A stretch of 64,000 bases of DNA from Cyanophyceae cyanobacterium (GCA_050331735.1 JBHJGN010000016.1:1-64000); one strand, 5' to 3'; positions 9,485 to 19,486 are shown, counted from the stretch's first letter. Translations and numbers: made by a program. Notes: generated from the letters alone by a model not told the origin.

Positions 9485-9868
9485 TTAAGAAAGTTTTGGA
9501 AGAACTCCCTTCGTTCGTAAACAGCTTTCAAACTGCTTTTCTGCATCACTAAGCTGAGGATTGTCAGTAATATCAAACGCTTGTGCCAGATTACTGCTCG
9601 ATTTTTGGATGGCCTGTTCGACCCGTTCTCCAATGTCGGCTGCTGCTAGTCCTGGCGGTAAGCATTCCTTAATCGCTTCTGAAACTCTCGCATCTGCGGG
9701 TTTTGGTTTAATGGTATCTCTATCGGTGCGGGCTTGAGCGATATAAACGGTGTCAGTACTCGTTGCTGCTTCAGCAAACCCCCAACCAGAAAGCCAGAGG
9801 AAACTACAGGCCAGCACCGCAAAACAGAAGCGGATTATTGATTGTCGACGTTGCTTAATTTTGCTCAT
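9485..9868 (-). CDS. Small secreted protein with two Cys (paralogue of 8981-9334)
   Basis: Signal peptide ending AEA; ECLP...SDAEKQFESCL. ATG at 9868; alternative TTG at 9874. Confidence 0.75.
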   Translation of the reverse strand: MSKIKQRRQSIIRFCFAVLACSFLWLSGWGFAEAATSTDTVYIAQARTDRDTIKPKPADARVSEAIKECLPPGLAAADIGERVEQAIQKSSSNLAQAFDITDNPQLSDAEKQFESCLRTKGVLPKLS

Positions 9869-9893
9869 AGTCAATTCGGATTTGAACTTCTAT

Positions 9894-9937
9894 AAATTAG
9901 GCAAAACCGACTCCTCCTTCATCTCTCCTAGGACAGG
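9894..9937 (-). promoter_or_regulatory. Palindromic motif CCTGTCCTAGGAGAGATG + 20 nt + TAATTT (-10)
   Basis: Same motif and spacing as 9364-9408, 25302-25346 and 25825-25868. Confidence 0.55.
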
Positions 9938-9997
9938 AAATCGGTTAAGCATAAGTAATTCTATAGCGCGACTGCTATTGGAGCAGAATCAGCCTAT

Positions 9998-10999
9998 TTA
10001 CGGCCTGCGATTGAGAATCACCATCTCGGAGCCAACTACCGGAGAACGCGCTAGCAGAGCATTTTGCGAGTCAGTAATTTCTAGCTTGCGAAAATCTAGC
10101 TCTTGGGAGCGGCGCAGCATCTCGTTGGCAAGCTGGTCTTGGCGAGTATCCTCAAGGGCATACCAGTCATCGCCAACTTTAACAATAAGACGACTGTCGG
10201 CAAAATTGGCTTCGAGGGTTTGAATCAAGCCCTGAGCATATTGAGAAGTAATCTGAGCGACCTGAGCTTGAATCGCCGCGATCAAACTCTGCTCGGGCGT
10301 TAACTTTAATTCCGGCTCTGGAGAAGCAATTGTTTCTAACGGTTGCTCAGCGGTTGGGGCTTCTAAAGCGGGGGGAGTTTTTATATCTATCGCTGGAGGC
10401 TTGTCGCCGGTCGTCTCTGGCCCACCCTTGGGAAACAACAGCACAGAGCTTAACAAAACGGCAATAACAGCCCCGGCTAAAATCGCCGTTAGCCTCCAAT
10501 AGGAAAGCTTTTGGGTGAAAGAAGTCGGTAAAAGAGCGCGAATTTTGTTCAGAAGTTCATCCCATCTGTCTAGGCGCTCTCCTTCTGGCAGCGCCGGATT
10601 GACAAACGGTGGCGACACCGGTTGGGAAGCCTCAGCCACCGTTGCGTCGGTCGCTGACTCGGCTGAGTTGCTGTCAGCCGCAGTCGGCCCGACCGCCGCC
10701 TCTTCTGGCTCGGGTGCTTCAGCAGCAGTCGCTGAAGATGCTGGTTCTGCTTGCTCTTCGGTGGCGGAAGCGAGGTTAGGCTCAACGACCGCTGCTTCCG
10801 GCTTGAGAACCGCCGCTAAAGTCTCAGTACTATCGACGAGAGAGGTAATCGACGGCGGCAACTCTGATTCTGGTTTGGCGCTGAGGGTATCAGCGATTTC
10901 CTCAAGCCGCTGAATCGTTTCCCGCAGCCGCTGAAGAGTTTCTGCTTTCGATAAACGCTCGGAATGCTCGCCTGGTGTTGGCTGCTGATGTTCTACCAT
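9998..10999 (-). CDS. Hypothetical single-TM membrane protein
   Basis: 333 aa: acidic Ala/Pro-rich linker, one TM helix, and a globular C-terminal region (LTPEQSLIAAIQ...LARSPVVG). Confidence 0.75.
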   Translation of the reverse strand: MVEHQQPTPGEHSERLSKAETLQRLRETIQRLEEIADTLSAKPESELPPSITSLVDSTETLAAVLKPEAAVVEPNLASATEEQAEPASSATAAEAPEPEEAAVGPTAADSNSAESATDATVAEASQPVSPPFVNPALPEGERLDRWDELLNKIRALLPTSFTQKLSYWRLTAILAGAVIAVLLSSVLLFPKGGPETTGDKPPAIDIKTPPALEAPTAEQPLETIASPEPELKLTPEQSLIAAIQAQVAQITSQYAQGLIQTLEANFADSRLIVKVGDDWYALEDTRQDQLANEMLRRSQELDFRKLEITDSQNALLARSPVVGSEMVILNRRP

Positions 11000-11096
11000 A
11001 ATGATTTCGTACAGCCTTGATAATGCACGCTTTTATCACTATAGTCAGCTCTGTTGCTGATTTGATCGTCAAATAACAATTTGCTACCGAACCGGG

Positions 11097-11516
11097 TTGT
11101 CTGTTGAGAGCATGAATTGTTTGTTAGTGGCTTGCTTAATTTTGCTCAGTGCCTGTAGCGCTGCGGCTCCCCCCCTTGAATTTGCGCCGCCGGGGAAAAT
11201 TGTGCAGCAGGCGATCGCCCTTCAGCTCGACCTCACCCAACAGCAGTTGAGCCAACGTCTCAAAGCCGTTCCTCCTCAGCTAGAGCTTGGTCCAATTACC
11301 GTCCAGCACATCGAACCGCTGTTTGTCGCTCGACTGCCTACCTACCATCTGACAGGGGCTTACCAGCTCACCATTAAGCTTCCCCATCAGCAGGTCACCC
11401 AAAAAAACAATCGCTTCGATATTTATCTTCAGCGTCAAGCAGAAGGAAAAACGTGGCGCCTACTGAGGCGGGAAGCCCAGCGTTCGGAATGGTCTAGCTA
11501 TTTGATTAGAGATTAA
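11097..11516 (+). CDS. Hypothetical lipoprotein
   Basis: Lipobox LSAC after a hydrophobic stretch; the real start may be ATG 11112. Confidence 0.7.
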   Translation: MSVESMNCLLVACLILLSACSAAAPPLEFAPPGKIVQQAIALQLDLTQQQLSQRLKAVPPQLELGPITVQHIEPLFVARLPTYHLTGAYQLTIKLPHQQVTQKNNRFDIYLQRQAEGKTWRLLRREAQRSEWSSYLIRD

Positions 11517-11546
11517 TTTTTGTTGATGGCTTCCTCTCTGAGGGCT

Positions 11547-14500
11547 TTACGTTGCCAAAGTTAGCTGAGATCCCTGATTGGTTTTGTAGACCTCGATGCG
11601 GTTCTGAAACGCTTCTTTGAACTGAGGCATGTGGGTCACGGTGAGAATGCAGGAAAAGTCAGCCGCGATCGCATTAATGGCGGCAATCAGGCGATCGCAG
11701 CCTTCAGCATCCTGAGTCCCAAATCCCTCATCGACGATCAGCATCTGGAGCGACGTTCCGGCTCGCTGAGCCAACAGCCGCGCCAGCGCTAACCGGATCG
11801 AAAAGTTAATCCGAAACGCTTCGCCGCCCGAGTAGGTTTCGTAGGCCCGGGTTCCTCTGGCATCAGCAATGAGGATTTCTAGGGTGTCGATTAGCTTAGC
11901 AGACTGCTTGCGGCTGCGTCCGGCCTTTTGCGTCAGGAACTGAACGTGCAGTTGATTTTCGGTGAGGCGAGAGAGAATCTGATTGGTTTCTGCCTCGAGC
12001 TGGGGCAGCACATTTTCGATCATCAGCGCCTGAATGCCGTTTTTCCCGAACGCTTGGGCTAGCTCCTGATAAACTCGACCCTGCTTGCGGACCTCTTTAA
12101 GCCTTGAACGAGTCTCTTGATATTGGGCCTGGAGCTGTTCTAGCTGGGTGAGCGTTTGCTCGAGTCGTCCCTGTTCGGCCAAGAGCTGGTCGAGGCGCTG
12201 TCGCCGCTGGTGAATCTGCTGCTCTAAGGCGCTAATTTCCGTGCCGTTATCTTGCCTCTGCTCAACTTGAGCCGTGAGACTGTCTAGATGAGCCTTCATC
12301 GCCTCTTGATTTTGCCGTCGTTCCTGCAAAGCCTGCTGAAGCTGTCGCAGATTTTCCTGAAGCTGAGGGGCTTGCCGCTGAGCCTCTTGCAGTTGTTGGT
12401 AGCGCAACTGCCAGGATTGCGCCTGCCGGAGCGTACTGACTAAATCGGTGTGATGCGATCGCTCGTATCCTAGCTGCGCTAGAGTCTGTTGCTCCTGCTC
12501 AATCTGTTGCTGCACCCTAGACGTCAGGCGTAACTGCTCCAATTGCTGCTGCACCGAAGTTAGCCGTTCGAGCAGTTTGGGCTTTTGAGACTCCAAAGTT
12601 TGTTGCCGACGCGCCGCTTCTTCAATTTTTGCCTGTTTAATTTCTGCCCAGCGCCAGCGTTCGACTTCTCCCCGCACCAGAGCGTGGGTTTGTTCGTCGT
12701 AGTTGAGCCGCTGAAGTTCCTGCTCTAGCCGCTGTATTTCCTGGTAAATTTCTTGAGCATAGCTACCGCTGGTGAGGGCGCTTTCGAGCTGTTCGCGTTC
12801 CTGCTGAAGCTGCTTGAGGCGCAGATGCTTTTCTCCGGTGGCTTCTAGCTGAGCTTCTAGCTGGCCGAACTTTTGAAGCAGAGAGTCATAGGGCGCTAAT
12901 TCACCGGTAATTTGAGCATACTCTGCCCGCAGCACCTGTAGCTCCCGTTCGCACACCGCCATCTGCTCTCGAATCATCCAAAGCTGTTCCTGAATTTCCT
13001 GCTGCTGAGTTTCGGTTTTATGGATAACGCGGTGACGAATCTGCTCGTTGAGATCTTGTTCGCACAGAGGACAGCTCGCTTCGGGCTTCTCTAACAGGTG
13101 TAGCTTTTGCCGCAGTTCCTCCCATTGCTTCTCGCACCCGCGCTGATTCTCCTGGAGTCGCTGTTGAAAACTCCTGCGTTCCTGTCCCTTTTCATTGACC
13201 CGCTGTTGATAGGTTCGCTTCTTCTCTAGTTCGCCGATTTCGGCATCGACGGCAATGACTGCCTGCCGAATTTGCGGTACCTGCGCCATCTCTGTTCGTA
13301 GTTGGGTAGTTGAGGAGCAAACCTGCTCTAATTTTGCCGTTAGTCGCGCTCGGGAATGTTCTAGCTTAGTTTGCAGCGAGGTCCGCTGCTGCAATAGAGG
13401 AGAGACGTGATGCTGAAGGCGATCTAATTTCTGGAGGCGATCGCGGCAGGCGTGAAGCTGCTGGAGGGCCTGCTGCACTTCCTCGGCCCGATTCAAAATG
13501 ACCTGGTTTTCTTGTTCCTGCTGTTCGAGCGTTTCGAGTCGAGTTTGAGTTTGCTGAATTTGCAGGTTCAGTTCATTGGTATGCTTGAGCAACTGCTGCT
13601 CTAGCTGCTGGAGGCGCTGCTGAGCCTCCTGATGGGCCTGAAATTTAGCGGCGAGAGCTTCTTCTTCCTGCTGAAGCCGCAGCAGGTGCTGGTATCCGGC
13701 GGTAATTTCTGGAGCTTGCTCGACCCGTTGTTGCACATCTGCTAACCTGTGGGCGAGGGCCGTTTGCTCTTTGAGGAGGCGATCGCAGTCGTGGCTGACG
13801 TTTTGGTATTGGGTTTGCTGCCAAATGAGCTGGTCTTCCCAGGTTTTTCGCTGATGCTGAACGGCCTGGAGCGCCTGCAATCGAGTCCGCGCTTCTCCCT
13901 GGATGCGCTGAAGCTGCTGTAATTCTTGCTTGACCCTGGCCTGTTCTTGAGCGATGGCTCCTCGCTGCTCTAGCTGCTCTTTCTGAGGCTGCAAGGCACT
14001 TTCTAACTGCTCGGCCTGCCCTTTTAACTGCTTGGAGTAATCTTTGGCCTGAGCGGCTAATTCTTCGTAGCGCTCCAGCTTCAAAAGATCGGCTAGAATT
14101 TGTTTCCGCTCGCTAGGGCGGCGCAGCATAAATTCATCGGCTCGTCCCTGGCGCAGGTAAGCCGAGTTAATAAAGGTGTCGTAGTCTAATTTCAGATTGT
14201 CAATAATCTGCTGCTGAGTGGCCCGCACTCCTTTAGCGGTGAGCGACAGAAACTGGTCTTCGTTCTTGAGCTGCAAATCTAGAGAACTGCCTCGTCCCCG
14301 CTGGCGGCTGCGAATGATGCGGTACGTTTGCCCATTACTCACGAACTGAAAATCGACCCGGACATCGTTTTCCCCCGCGTGGATCACGTCATCTTCAGTG
14401 GCGGTTCGGCTTTGCCCCCATACCGCCCAGGTAATCGCCTCTAAAAGAGAAGATTTCCCCGCGCCGTTGGCTCCACAGATGCAGGCCGTATGCAGACCGC

Positions 14501-14564
14501 GAAAGTCTAGAACCGCATCACGATAGCTCAGAAAATTGTGCAGCTTTAGTTGCAGAGGAATCAT
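11547..14564 (-). CDS. sbcC: Exonuclease SbcC (Rad50-like ATPase)
   Basis: Walker A GANGAGKSS, long coiled coil with central CPLC zinc hook, YSGGE signature, Walker B IVDEGFGTQD. Confidence 0.93.
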   Translation of the reverse strand: MIPLQLKLHNFLSYRDAVLDFRGLHTACICGANGAGKSSLLEAITWAVWGQSRTATEDDVIHAGENDVRVDFQFVSNGQTYRIIRSRQRGRGSSLDLQLKNEDQFLSLTAKGVRATQQQIIDNLKLDYDTFINSAYLRQGRADEFMLRRPSERKQILADLLKLERYEELAAQAKDYSKQLKGQAEQLESALQPQKEQLEQRGAIAQEQARVKQELQQLQRIQGEARTRLQALQAVQHQRKTWEDQLIWQQTQYQNVSHDCDRLLKEQTALAHRLADVQQRVEQAPEITAGYQHLLRLQQEEEALAAKFQAHQEAQQRLQQLEQQLLKHTNELNLQIQQTQTRLETLEQQEQENQVILNRAEEVQQALQQLHACRDRLQKLDRLQHHVSPLLQQRTSLQTKLEHSRARLTAKLEQVCSSTTQLRTEMAQVPQIRQAVIAVDAEIGELEKKRTYQQRVNEKGQERRSFQQRLQENQRGCEKQWEELRQKLHLLEKPEASCPLCEQDLNEQIRHRVIHKTETQQQEIQEQLWMIREQMAVCERELQVLRAEYAQITGELAPYDSLLQKFGQLEAQLEATGEKHLRLKQLQQEREQLESALTSGSYAQEIYQEIQRLEQELQRLNYDEQTHALVRGEVERWRWAEIKQAKIEEAARRQQTLESQKPKLLERLTSVQQQLEQLRLTSRVQQQIEQEQQTLAQLGYERSHHTDLVSTLRQAQSWQLRYQQLQEAQRQAPQLQENLRQLQQALQERRQNQEAMKAHLDSLTAQVEQRQDNGTEISALEQQIHQRRQRLDQLLAEQGRLEQTLTQLEQLQAQYQETRSRLKEVRKQGRVYQELAQAFGKNGIQALMIENVLPQLEAETNQILSRLTENQLHVQFLTQKAGRSRKQSAKLIDTLEILIADARGTRAYETYSGGEAFRINFSIRLALARLLAQRAGTSLQMLIVDEGFGTQDAEGCDRLIAAINAIAADFSCILTVTHMPQFKEAFQNRIEVYKTNQGSQLTLAT

Positions 14565-14591
14565 TCAGCGTCGCACCGTTATCAAGAGGGC

Positions 14592-14605
14592 AGTACATCT
14601 GCACT
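14592..14605. promoter_or_regulatory. Candidate cyanobacterial LexA box upstream of sbcC
   Basis: AGTACATCTGCACT, one mismatch to AGTAC-N4-GTACT, 27 nt upstream of a DNA-repair gene. Confidence 0.5.
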
Positions 14606-14811
14606 GTTGCCTAGTCTATCCACGCTATAGCAAGGATTATAGACTGCAACGAATAATTTTCACAATTGTTAACAAAATTATGGTCAGTGGTTAACGGTTG
14701 ATGGCTGATAGCGCACTAGTCACTGTTTCGAGAAAACGGTAGCAATTTTAGCTAAATAGTCTGGTGGTTTCCTGCTAAAACGGTCAGTCATGTGGTGTAT
14801 AGAGGAAAACA

Positions 14812-16107
14812 ATGCCTAAAGTGAAGCGTCAACTGGTGCTATTTCTCGCTGTTCTGCTCGTGCTGGGGAGTGGGGCGATCGCTCGCTCGCAGTTGTTGAG
14901 CCAATCATCTCCGGTGGTGCTCGAACGAGTGGGAGATTTTTGCCGAGATGACCCCAAGTGCTTTAACCGCCTGCACCCAGCCATTGAGCCAGCCGCGACC
15001 GCTGAACCCGGTCAGCAAATTGTCTTTGGGGCTCGCGATGCTTTTGATGGCGTGTTGACCATTGAATCGACGGCGGAGGATGTAGCAGCAGCAGACCTAT
15101 CGGGAGTCCATCCCCTCACTGGTCCCGTGGCAATTGCCGGGGCGCAGCGGGGAGATGCGATCGCCGTGACCATTGTCGATATCGAGCCAGACGAATACGG
15201 CTACACTGCCATCGTTCCTGGCTTTGGGTTTCTCCGCGACCTGTTTCCCGATCCCTATCTGGCCAACTGGAATTTAACGCCGACAGCAGCAACGTCCGAA
15301 CAAATTCCCCAGGTGACCATTCCCTTTGCTGGCTTTACCGGGTCCATTGGCGTACTGCCGGGAGAACCAGAGTTAGAACGGTTTCTGGAACGAGAAGCGG
15401 CACTGGAGGAAGTCGGCGGGATTGTGCTGACTCCTCTGCCCACCGGTGCCCTACCGGAAGCTTTATGCGGCCCGAACGGAACTGAATCAGAGCGCTGCTT
15501 GAGAACCGTTCCTCCCCGCGAGAACGGTGGCAACATGGATATCAAGCAGATGCAGATTGGGACAACGGTCATTTTGCCCTGCTTCGTTGATGGCTGCGGG
15601 CTGTACGTCGGAGATGTTCACTTTGCCCAAGGAGACGGGGAAGTGTCCGGAACAGCCATTGAGATTGGAGCCAACGTGACGGTGACAGCCGAAGTCCGAC
15701 CCGGGTTAGGGGAATCGATGACCATGCCTCAGTTTGAGGGCGGCGATCAGCTCAAAGCCATTGAACCCGATGCTTTTCATGCCACAACGGGTATTCCAAT
15801 TAAACCAGCCGGAGAAATTCCACCTTACCTCACTTACCTTGATAGCGAAGAGATCGCGCCTCTCGAAAATCTCTCAGAAGATTTGACTCTGGCTGCCCGC
15901 AATGCCTTGATTGAGATGGTAGATTACATCGTAGCCGAGTACGAGCTAACCCGCGAACAGGCATATGTGGTGTGCTCTGTGGCGGCAGATTTGCGCATTG
16001 GTCAACTGGTAGATGTTCCTAACTACATTGTCTCCGCCATTCTCCCGCTCAATATTTTCAATCAAACCGGACAGCTAGAAACGAGTGCTGTTGTAGCCAA
16101 GCCATGA
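14812..16107 (+). CDS. Acetamidase/formamidase (FmdA/AmdA) family protein with N-terminal signal peptide
   Basis: Motifs HPLTGPV, ENGGNMD, GDVHFAQGDGEVSGTAIE and QLVDVPN. RBS GAGG. N-terminus MPKVKRQLVLFLAVLLVLGSGAIA. Confidence 0.88.
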   Translation: MPKVKRQLVLFLAVLLVLGSGAIARSQLLSQSSPVVLERVGDFCRDDPKCFNRLHPAIEPAATAEPGQQIVFGARDAFDGVLTIESTAEDVAAADLSGVHPLTGPVAIAGAQRGDAIAVTIVDIEPDEYGYTAIVPGFGFLRDLFPDPYLANWNLTPTAATSEQIPQVTIPFAGFTGSIGVLPGEPELERFLEREAALEEVGGIVLTPLPTGALPEALCGPNGTESERCLRTVPPRENGGNMDIKQMQIGTTVILPCFVDGCGLYVGDVHFAQGDGEVSGTAIEIGANVTVTAEVRPGLGESMTMPQFEGGDQLKAIEPDAFHATTGIPIKPAGEIPPYLTYLDSEEIAPLENLSEDLTLAARNALIEMVDYIVAEYELTREQAYVVCSVAADLRIGQLVDVPNYIVSAILPLNIFNQTGQLETSAVVAKP

Positions 16108-16607
16108 AGCGACGTCATTTTTTAAGATGCACGGCCATCCTGCCGCTGATAGCCCATACTCCCTATCCGCAGTGGAAAGTCTATCGTCAGCGGCATTTAT
16201 TTATTGTGACGAATAAAGCCGATCCGCGCTCCTACGAGCTGGGGCAGGCCATCGTCGAAACCTTGCTCGCCCATCTGCCCGCTTCTCGGGCTATGGTAAC
16301 TCGCGCCACCGATGCAGCCCATACGGCTCGCCTGATTACGACTAAACAGCTTGACGTGGCTATTCTGAAGCGTTCAGAAGTGGCGGACTGGCTGGCTGCT
16401 GCTGTCGAACCCGTCGCGCTGCGATCGCTGGCTGCTTTTGACGAGCATTTATTAATCTGTCGAGAAGATTTTCCGGCACGACATGCGTATCTAATTGCCG
16501 AAACTCTTCAGCAGCATCAGCGACTATCGATGGCTGCTCTTACATTAGAGAACGAGTCACTGATGCCTGTGCATGCTGGGGTATTAGAGTATTACAAACT
16601 TCACTAA
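16104..16607 (+). CDS. Tat-signal hypothetical protein, short periplasmic-binding-protein-like
   Basis: MKRRHFL twin-arginine motif; 4-bp ATGA overlap with the upstream gene; C-terminal PVHAGVLEYY resembles TAXI/PBP2 C-termini. Confidence 0.7.
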   Translation: MKRRHFLRCTAILPLIAHTPYPQWKVYRQRHLFIVTNKADPRSYELGQAIVETLLAHLPASRAMVTRATDAAHTARLITTKQLDVAILKRSEVADWLAAAVEPVALRSLAAFDEHLLICREDFPARHAYLIAETLQQHQRLSMAALTLENESLMPVHAGVLEYYKLH

Positions 16608-16694
16608 TTAAGTATCTTCAAGAAAGCTATTCTTGCCGAGCGATCGCTATCAGTGACGCTAACGTTAGTGGAAAAGTTAGCCGATTATTATCAG

Positions 16695-17010
16695 TTAGAT
16701 GTTGTCGTTAGTTTTTGCTTTCTCTGATCTTAAGCTTTCTTCAAGTAAAAATTTTACCTCCTTCAAATCTTCATAGGATAAATTTGTAGGGATGAGTAAA
16801 GAGTAAAAAACAGTAGCAACGCCAATTGAAAACGGAGTTAGATCTTCAAAAGTGCCAGAAAGAACAGCAGATGAAGCTAGTATTGCTAAGACGGGTTTTT
16901 GAATATCAGCAAATGATGGAAAATTTTTTCCTCTACTAGTATATTGTTCACAATCATGTTCAATCCTTCTTATCCAGGCTTCTCGTTCGCTTTTAATGGG
17001 AATTCCACTA
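16695..17010 (-). pseudogene. AT-rich 3' gene fragment without a start codon
   Basis: Stop-free frame ...EREAWIRRIEHDCEQYTSRGKNFPSFADIQKPVLAILASSAVLSGTFEDLTPFSIGVATVFYSLLIPTNLSYEDLKEVKFLLEESLRSEKAKTNDNI*, with no suitable start. Confidence 0.4.
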
Positions 17011-17454
17011 TTAATCGTCGCTGCAAAAATTTCTCTCGGTAGTAAAATTGATGCTGTCTGGTTGTCGCCTCAGCAATTTGCTCTTCCAGTTCTATCCCCT
17101 CTCGACCAAACAGTGTTTCCAAATCGATGATGGAATCAGTCAACTAGTGTACTGGCATGGGTAAAAAAGCCGCTAAACCGCCCGGAAGAAAGCGGACACC
17201 AAGAACGTGAATGTTCCCCGCTGCTGAATGGAAACTGAATAAGTTCTCTGAGCGTCGAGATTGGATTTAGCAATCTCTGAACGGCGGGGAGCAAGAAAAT
17301 TACCTCTGTAGTAGGGTTGGTTCATATTAATGATCAAGTCAGCTTGTCCATCAAGCCAGATATTTTCCTGGAGACAGTGACTAGTGGTGTGCAAACTCCA
17401 GTAGCAGCTAATGTAAGGATGCAAGGCGGCAGCAGGACGCTTAATCTGATACAT
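16970..17454 (-). pseudogene. Degraded AraC-family regulator (DUF6597-type N-terminal domain)
   Basis: MYQIKRPAAALHPYISCYW...DGQADLIIN. After a frameshift near 17215 it continues as VLGVRFLPGGLAAFLPMPVH*LTDSIIDLETLFG...FLQRRL, with an internal TAG and no HTH. Confidence 0.7.
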
Positions 17455-17746
17455 GAAGATTTTGTAGCGTTTAAAGCGTTCCTCAGATATTTCCAGCGAT
17501 GGGTAAGGCTTGCAGTGCGATCGCCTCTAATTCTACTTGAAATCAGCAGACAACGGCAGAAGAGCGAGGACGGACACACTTTGGGCTAGACCGTCAGAGG
17601 CTAGGGAGGTCGCAGTCGTCGCTTTTTAGCTTACTACTTTCTGCACAAGCGATCGCCCCTGGTGGCAGTTAGGAAATAAATGAAGTAGAGTTTTGGTTAA
17701 ACTCGCTCATTTCAACAAGAGTCTATCTACTGCTCATCTATTCATT

Positions 17747-18718
17747 ATGTCTCCTGATTTAGATTCTGTAGAACTTTCTGTTGTCGTTCCTCTCTACAAC
17801 GAGGAGGCAAATATTGACTACCTATTTGAGCAATTACTGTTGGTGTTGAAGGAAAGCCACACGACCTATGAAATTGTGTGCGTTAACGATGGTTCTAGAG
17901 ATCGGACGCTAGCGCGCTTGGTAGAATATCATCAGCGCTGTCCGGAGATTAAAGTTGTCAACTTATCCCGCAACTTTGGCAAAGAAATTGCCCTGACTGC
18001 TGGCCTAGACTACGCCACGGGGGCTGCGATTATTCCTATTGATGCCGACCTGCAAGATCCGCCCGAACTCATCAAAGAACTCGTGGAAAAGTGGCGTGAA
18101 GGGTACGATGTGGTTTACGCTACTCGGCGATCGCGCCAGGGGGAAAGCTGGCTAAAGCGCATGACCGCGAATGCTTTCTATGAAACGATCGACAAAATGA
18201 GTCGAGTGCCGATTCCGGCCAACACCGGAGATTTTCGCTTACTCGACCGGCGCGTTGTCGATTCCTTGCGGCAGATGCCCGAACGAACTCGCTTTATGAA
18301 GGGGCTATTTGCCTGGGTTGGATTTAAGCAAACGGCTGTCTTCTTTGACCGTAAGCCGCGATATCAGGGGAAAACAACCTGGAACTACTGGAAGCTGTGG
18401 AATTTTGCGATCGACGGCATTACCTCTTTTAGCTTTCTTCCCCTAAAAATTTGGGGCTACGTGGGGTTGTTTATTTCTTTCGTATCACTCCTTTACGCCG
18501 TCCTGTTGGTGCTGCGAACTCTCATTTTTGGAATCGATGTTCCTGGTTACGCTTCTTTGATGGTGGCTGTTCTCTTTTTAGGGGGAATTCAGCTTCTCAC
18601 TCTTGGAATTATTGGGGAGTACCTAGCGCGGGTTTATGAGGAAGTGAAGGAACGCCCGCTCTACCTAGTGCGAGACTGCTACGGTTTTCATCAGGGGAAG
18701 GAGCCTTATTCGCCCTAG
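17747..18718 (+). CDS. GT2 polyprenol-phosphate glycosyltransferase (GtrB/YkoT-like)
   Basis: Motifs VVPLYNEE, NDGSRD, SRNFGKEIALTAG, DADLQDPP and GDFRLLDR; two C-terminal TM helices. ATG 17747 preferred over TTG 17693. Confidence 0.9.
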   Translation: MSPDLDSVELSVVVPLYNEEANIDYLFEQLLLVLKESHTTYEIVCVNDGSRDRTLARLVEYHQRCPEIKVVNLSRNFGKEIALTAGLDYATGAAIIPIDADLQDPPELIKELVEKWREGYDVVYATRRSRQGESWLKRMTANAFYETIDKMSRVPIPANTGDFRLLDRRVVDSLRQMPERTRFMKGLFAWVGFKQTAVFFDRKPRYQGKTTWNYWKLWNFAIDGITSFSFLPLKIWGYVGLFISFVSLLYAVLLVLRTLIFGIDVPGYASLMVAVLFLGGIQLLTLGIIGEYLARVYEEVKERPLYLVRDCYGFHQGKEPYSP

Positions 18719-18787
18719 GATGGAGATGACAAACGCAATGTTAACAGAAGCATTAGGATTGAGCGCAAGCGGGAGGCTAGGCAGAAA

Positions 18788-19486
18788 TTGAAACCGAAGC
18801 AAGGCATTGTCTTTCTTACCCTTGTCTGCATTATTGCCACCGGGATCGGGGTGTATCTGATTGGAGAAGTCGATCGGGCACAGATTCAGGCTTGGCTCAT
18901 TGAAGCAGGCATCTGGGCTCCGGTTGTTTACGTGCTCTTTTACACTATTGGGACGCTCCTGATCTTACCTTCAACGCCCCTTAACCTTTCTGGAGGGGCC
19001 ATCTTTGGGATTTGGTGGGGAACCCTTTGGACAACCGTGGCGGCAGTGATAGCGGCGATTGTTGCTTTTGCCTTTGCGCGTACAGTGGGGCGCGAGTGGA
19101 TGACGCGCAGGCTAGCAGGACGCTGGGAAGTGATGGATGCAGAAATTCGTCAGGGCGGCCTATTCTATCTATTTGCGATTCGGTTACTGCCGATTATTCC
19201 CTATGGAATTGTCAATTTTGCGGCAGGCTTAACCTCAATTCGCTTCCGGGACTACTGTTTAGGAACTATCCTAGGCACGGTTCCCGGAATTTTGCCGTTT
19301 GTGATGATGGGAGCTGGCTTACAGGCCTTGACCGGCGGGAACGTTGTCCCGTTTATGGGAGCATTGGCGTTAATTGGGGTGCTCGTTGGTGGCGCTACCT
19401 GGTATCGTCGCCGTCGGCGAGATCCGCGTCAGGCATTGCAAAAAATCGAACAGAATTCCTCGCTGCCGCCTCACGAGCGGAAATAG
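18788..19486 (+). CDS. TVP38/TMEM64 (DedA/VTT) family membrane protein
   Basis: LILPSTPLNLSGGAIFG...RLLPIIPYGIVNFAAGLTSIRFRDYCLGT. Confidence 0.88.
   Translation: MKPKQGIVFLTLVCIIATGIGVYLIGEVDRAQIQAWLIEAGIWAPVVYVLFYTIGTLLILPSTPLNLSGGAIFGIWWGTLWTTVAAVIAAIVAFAFARTVGREWMTRRLAGRWEVMDAEIRQGGLFYLFAIRLLPIIPYGIVNFAAGLTSIRFRDYCLGTILGTVPGILPFVMMGAGLQALTGGNVVPFMGALALIGVLVGGATWYRRRRRDPRQALQKIEQNSSLPPHERK

Noticed and set aside
14739..14752. GTAGCAATTTTAGC as an NtcA site for the formamidase
   Set aside because: The right half-site is not TAC.
18708..18760. TTCGCCCTAGGATGGAGA resembling the shared promoter palindrome
   Set aside because: No TAnnnT hexamer at the 20-21 nt spacing, and it overlaps a stop codon.
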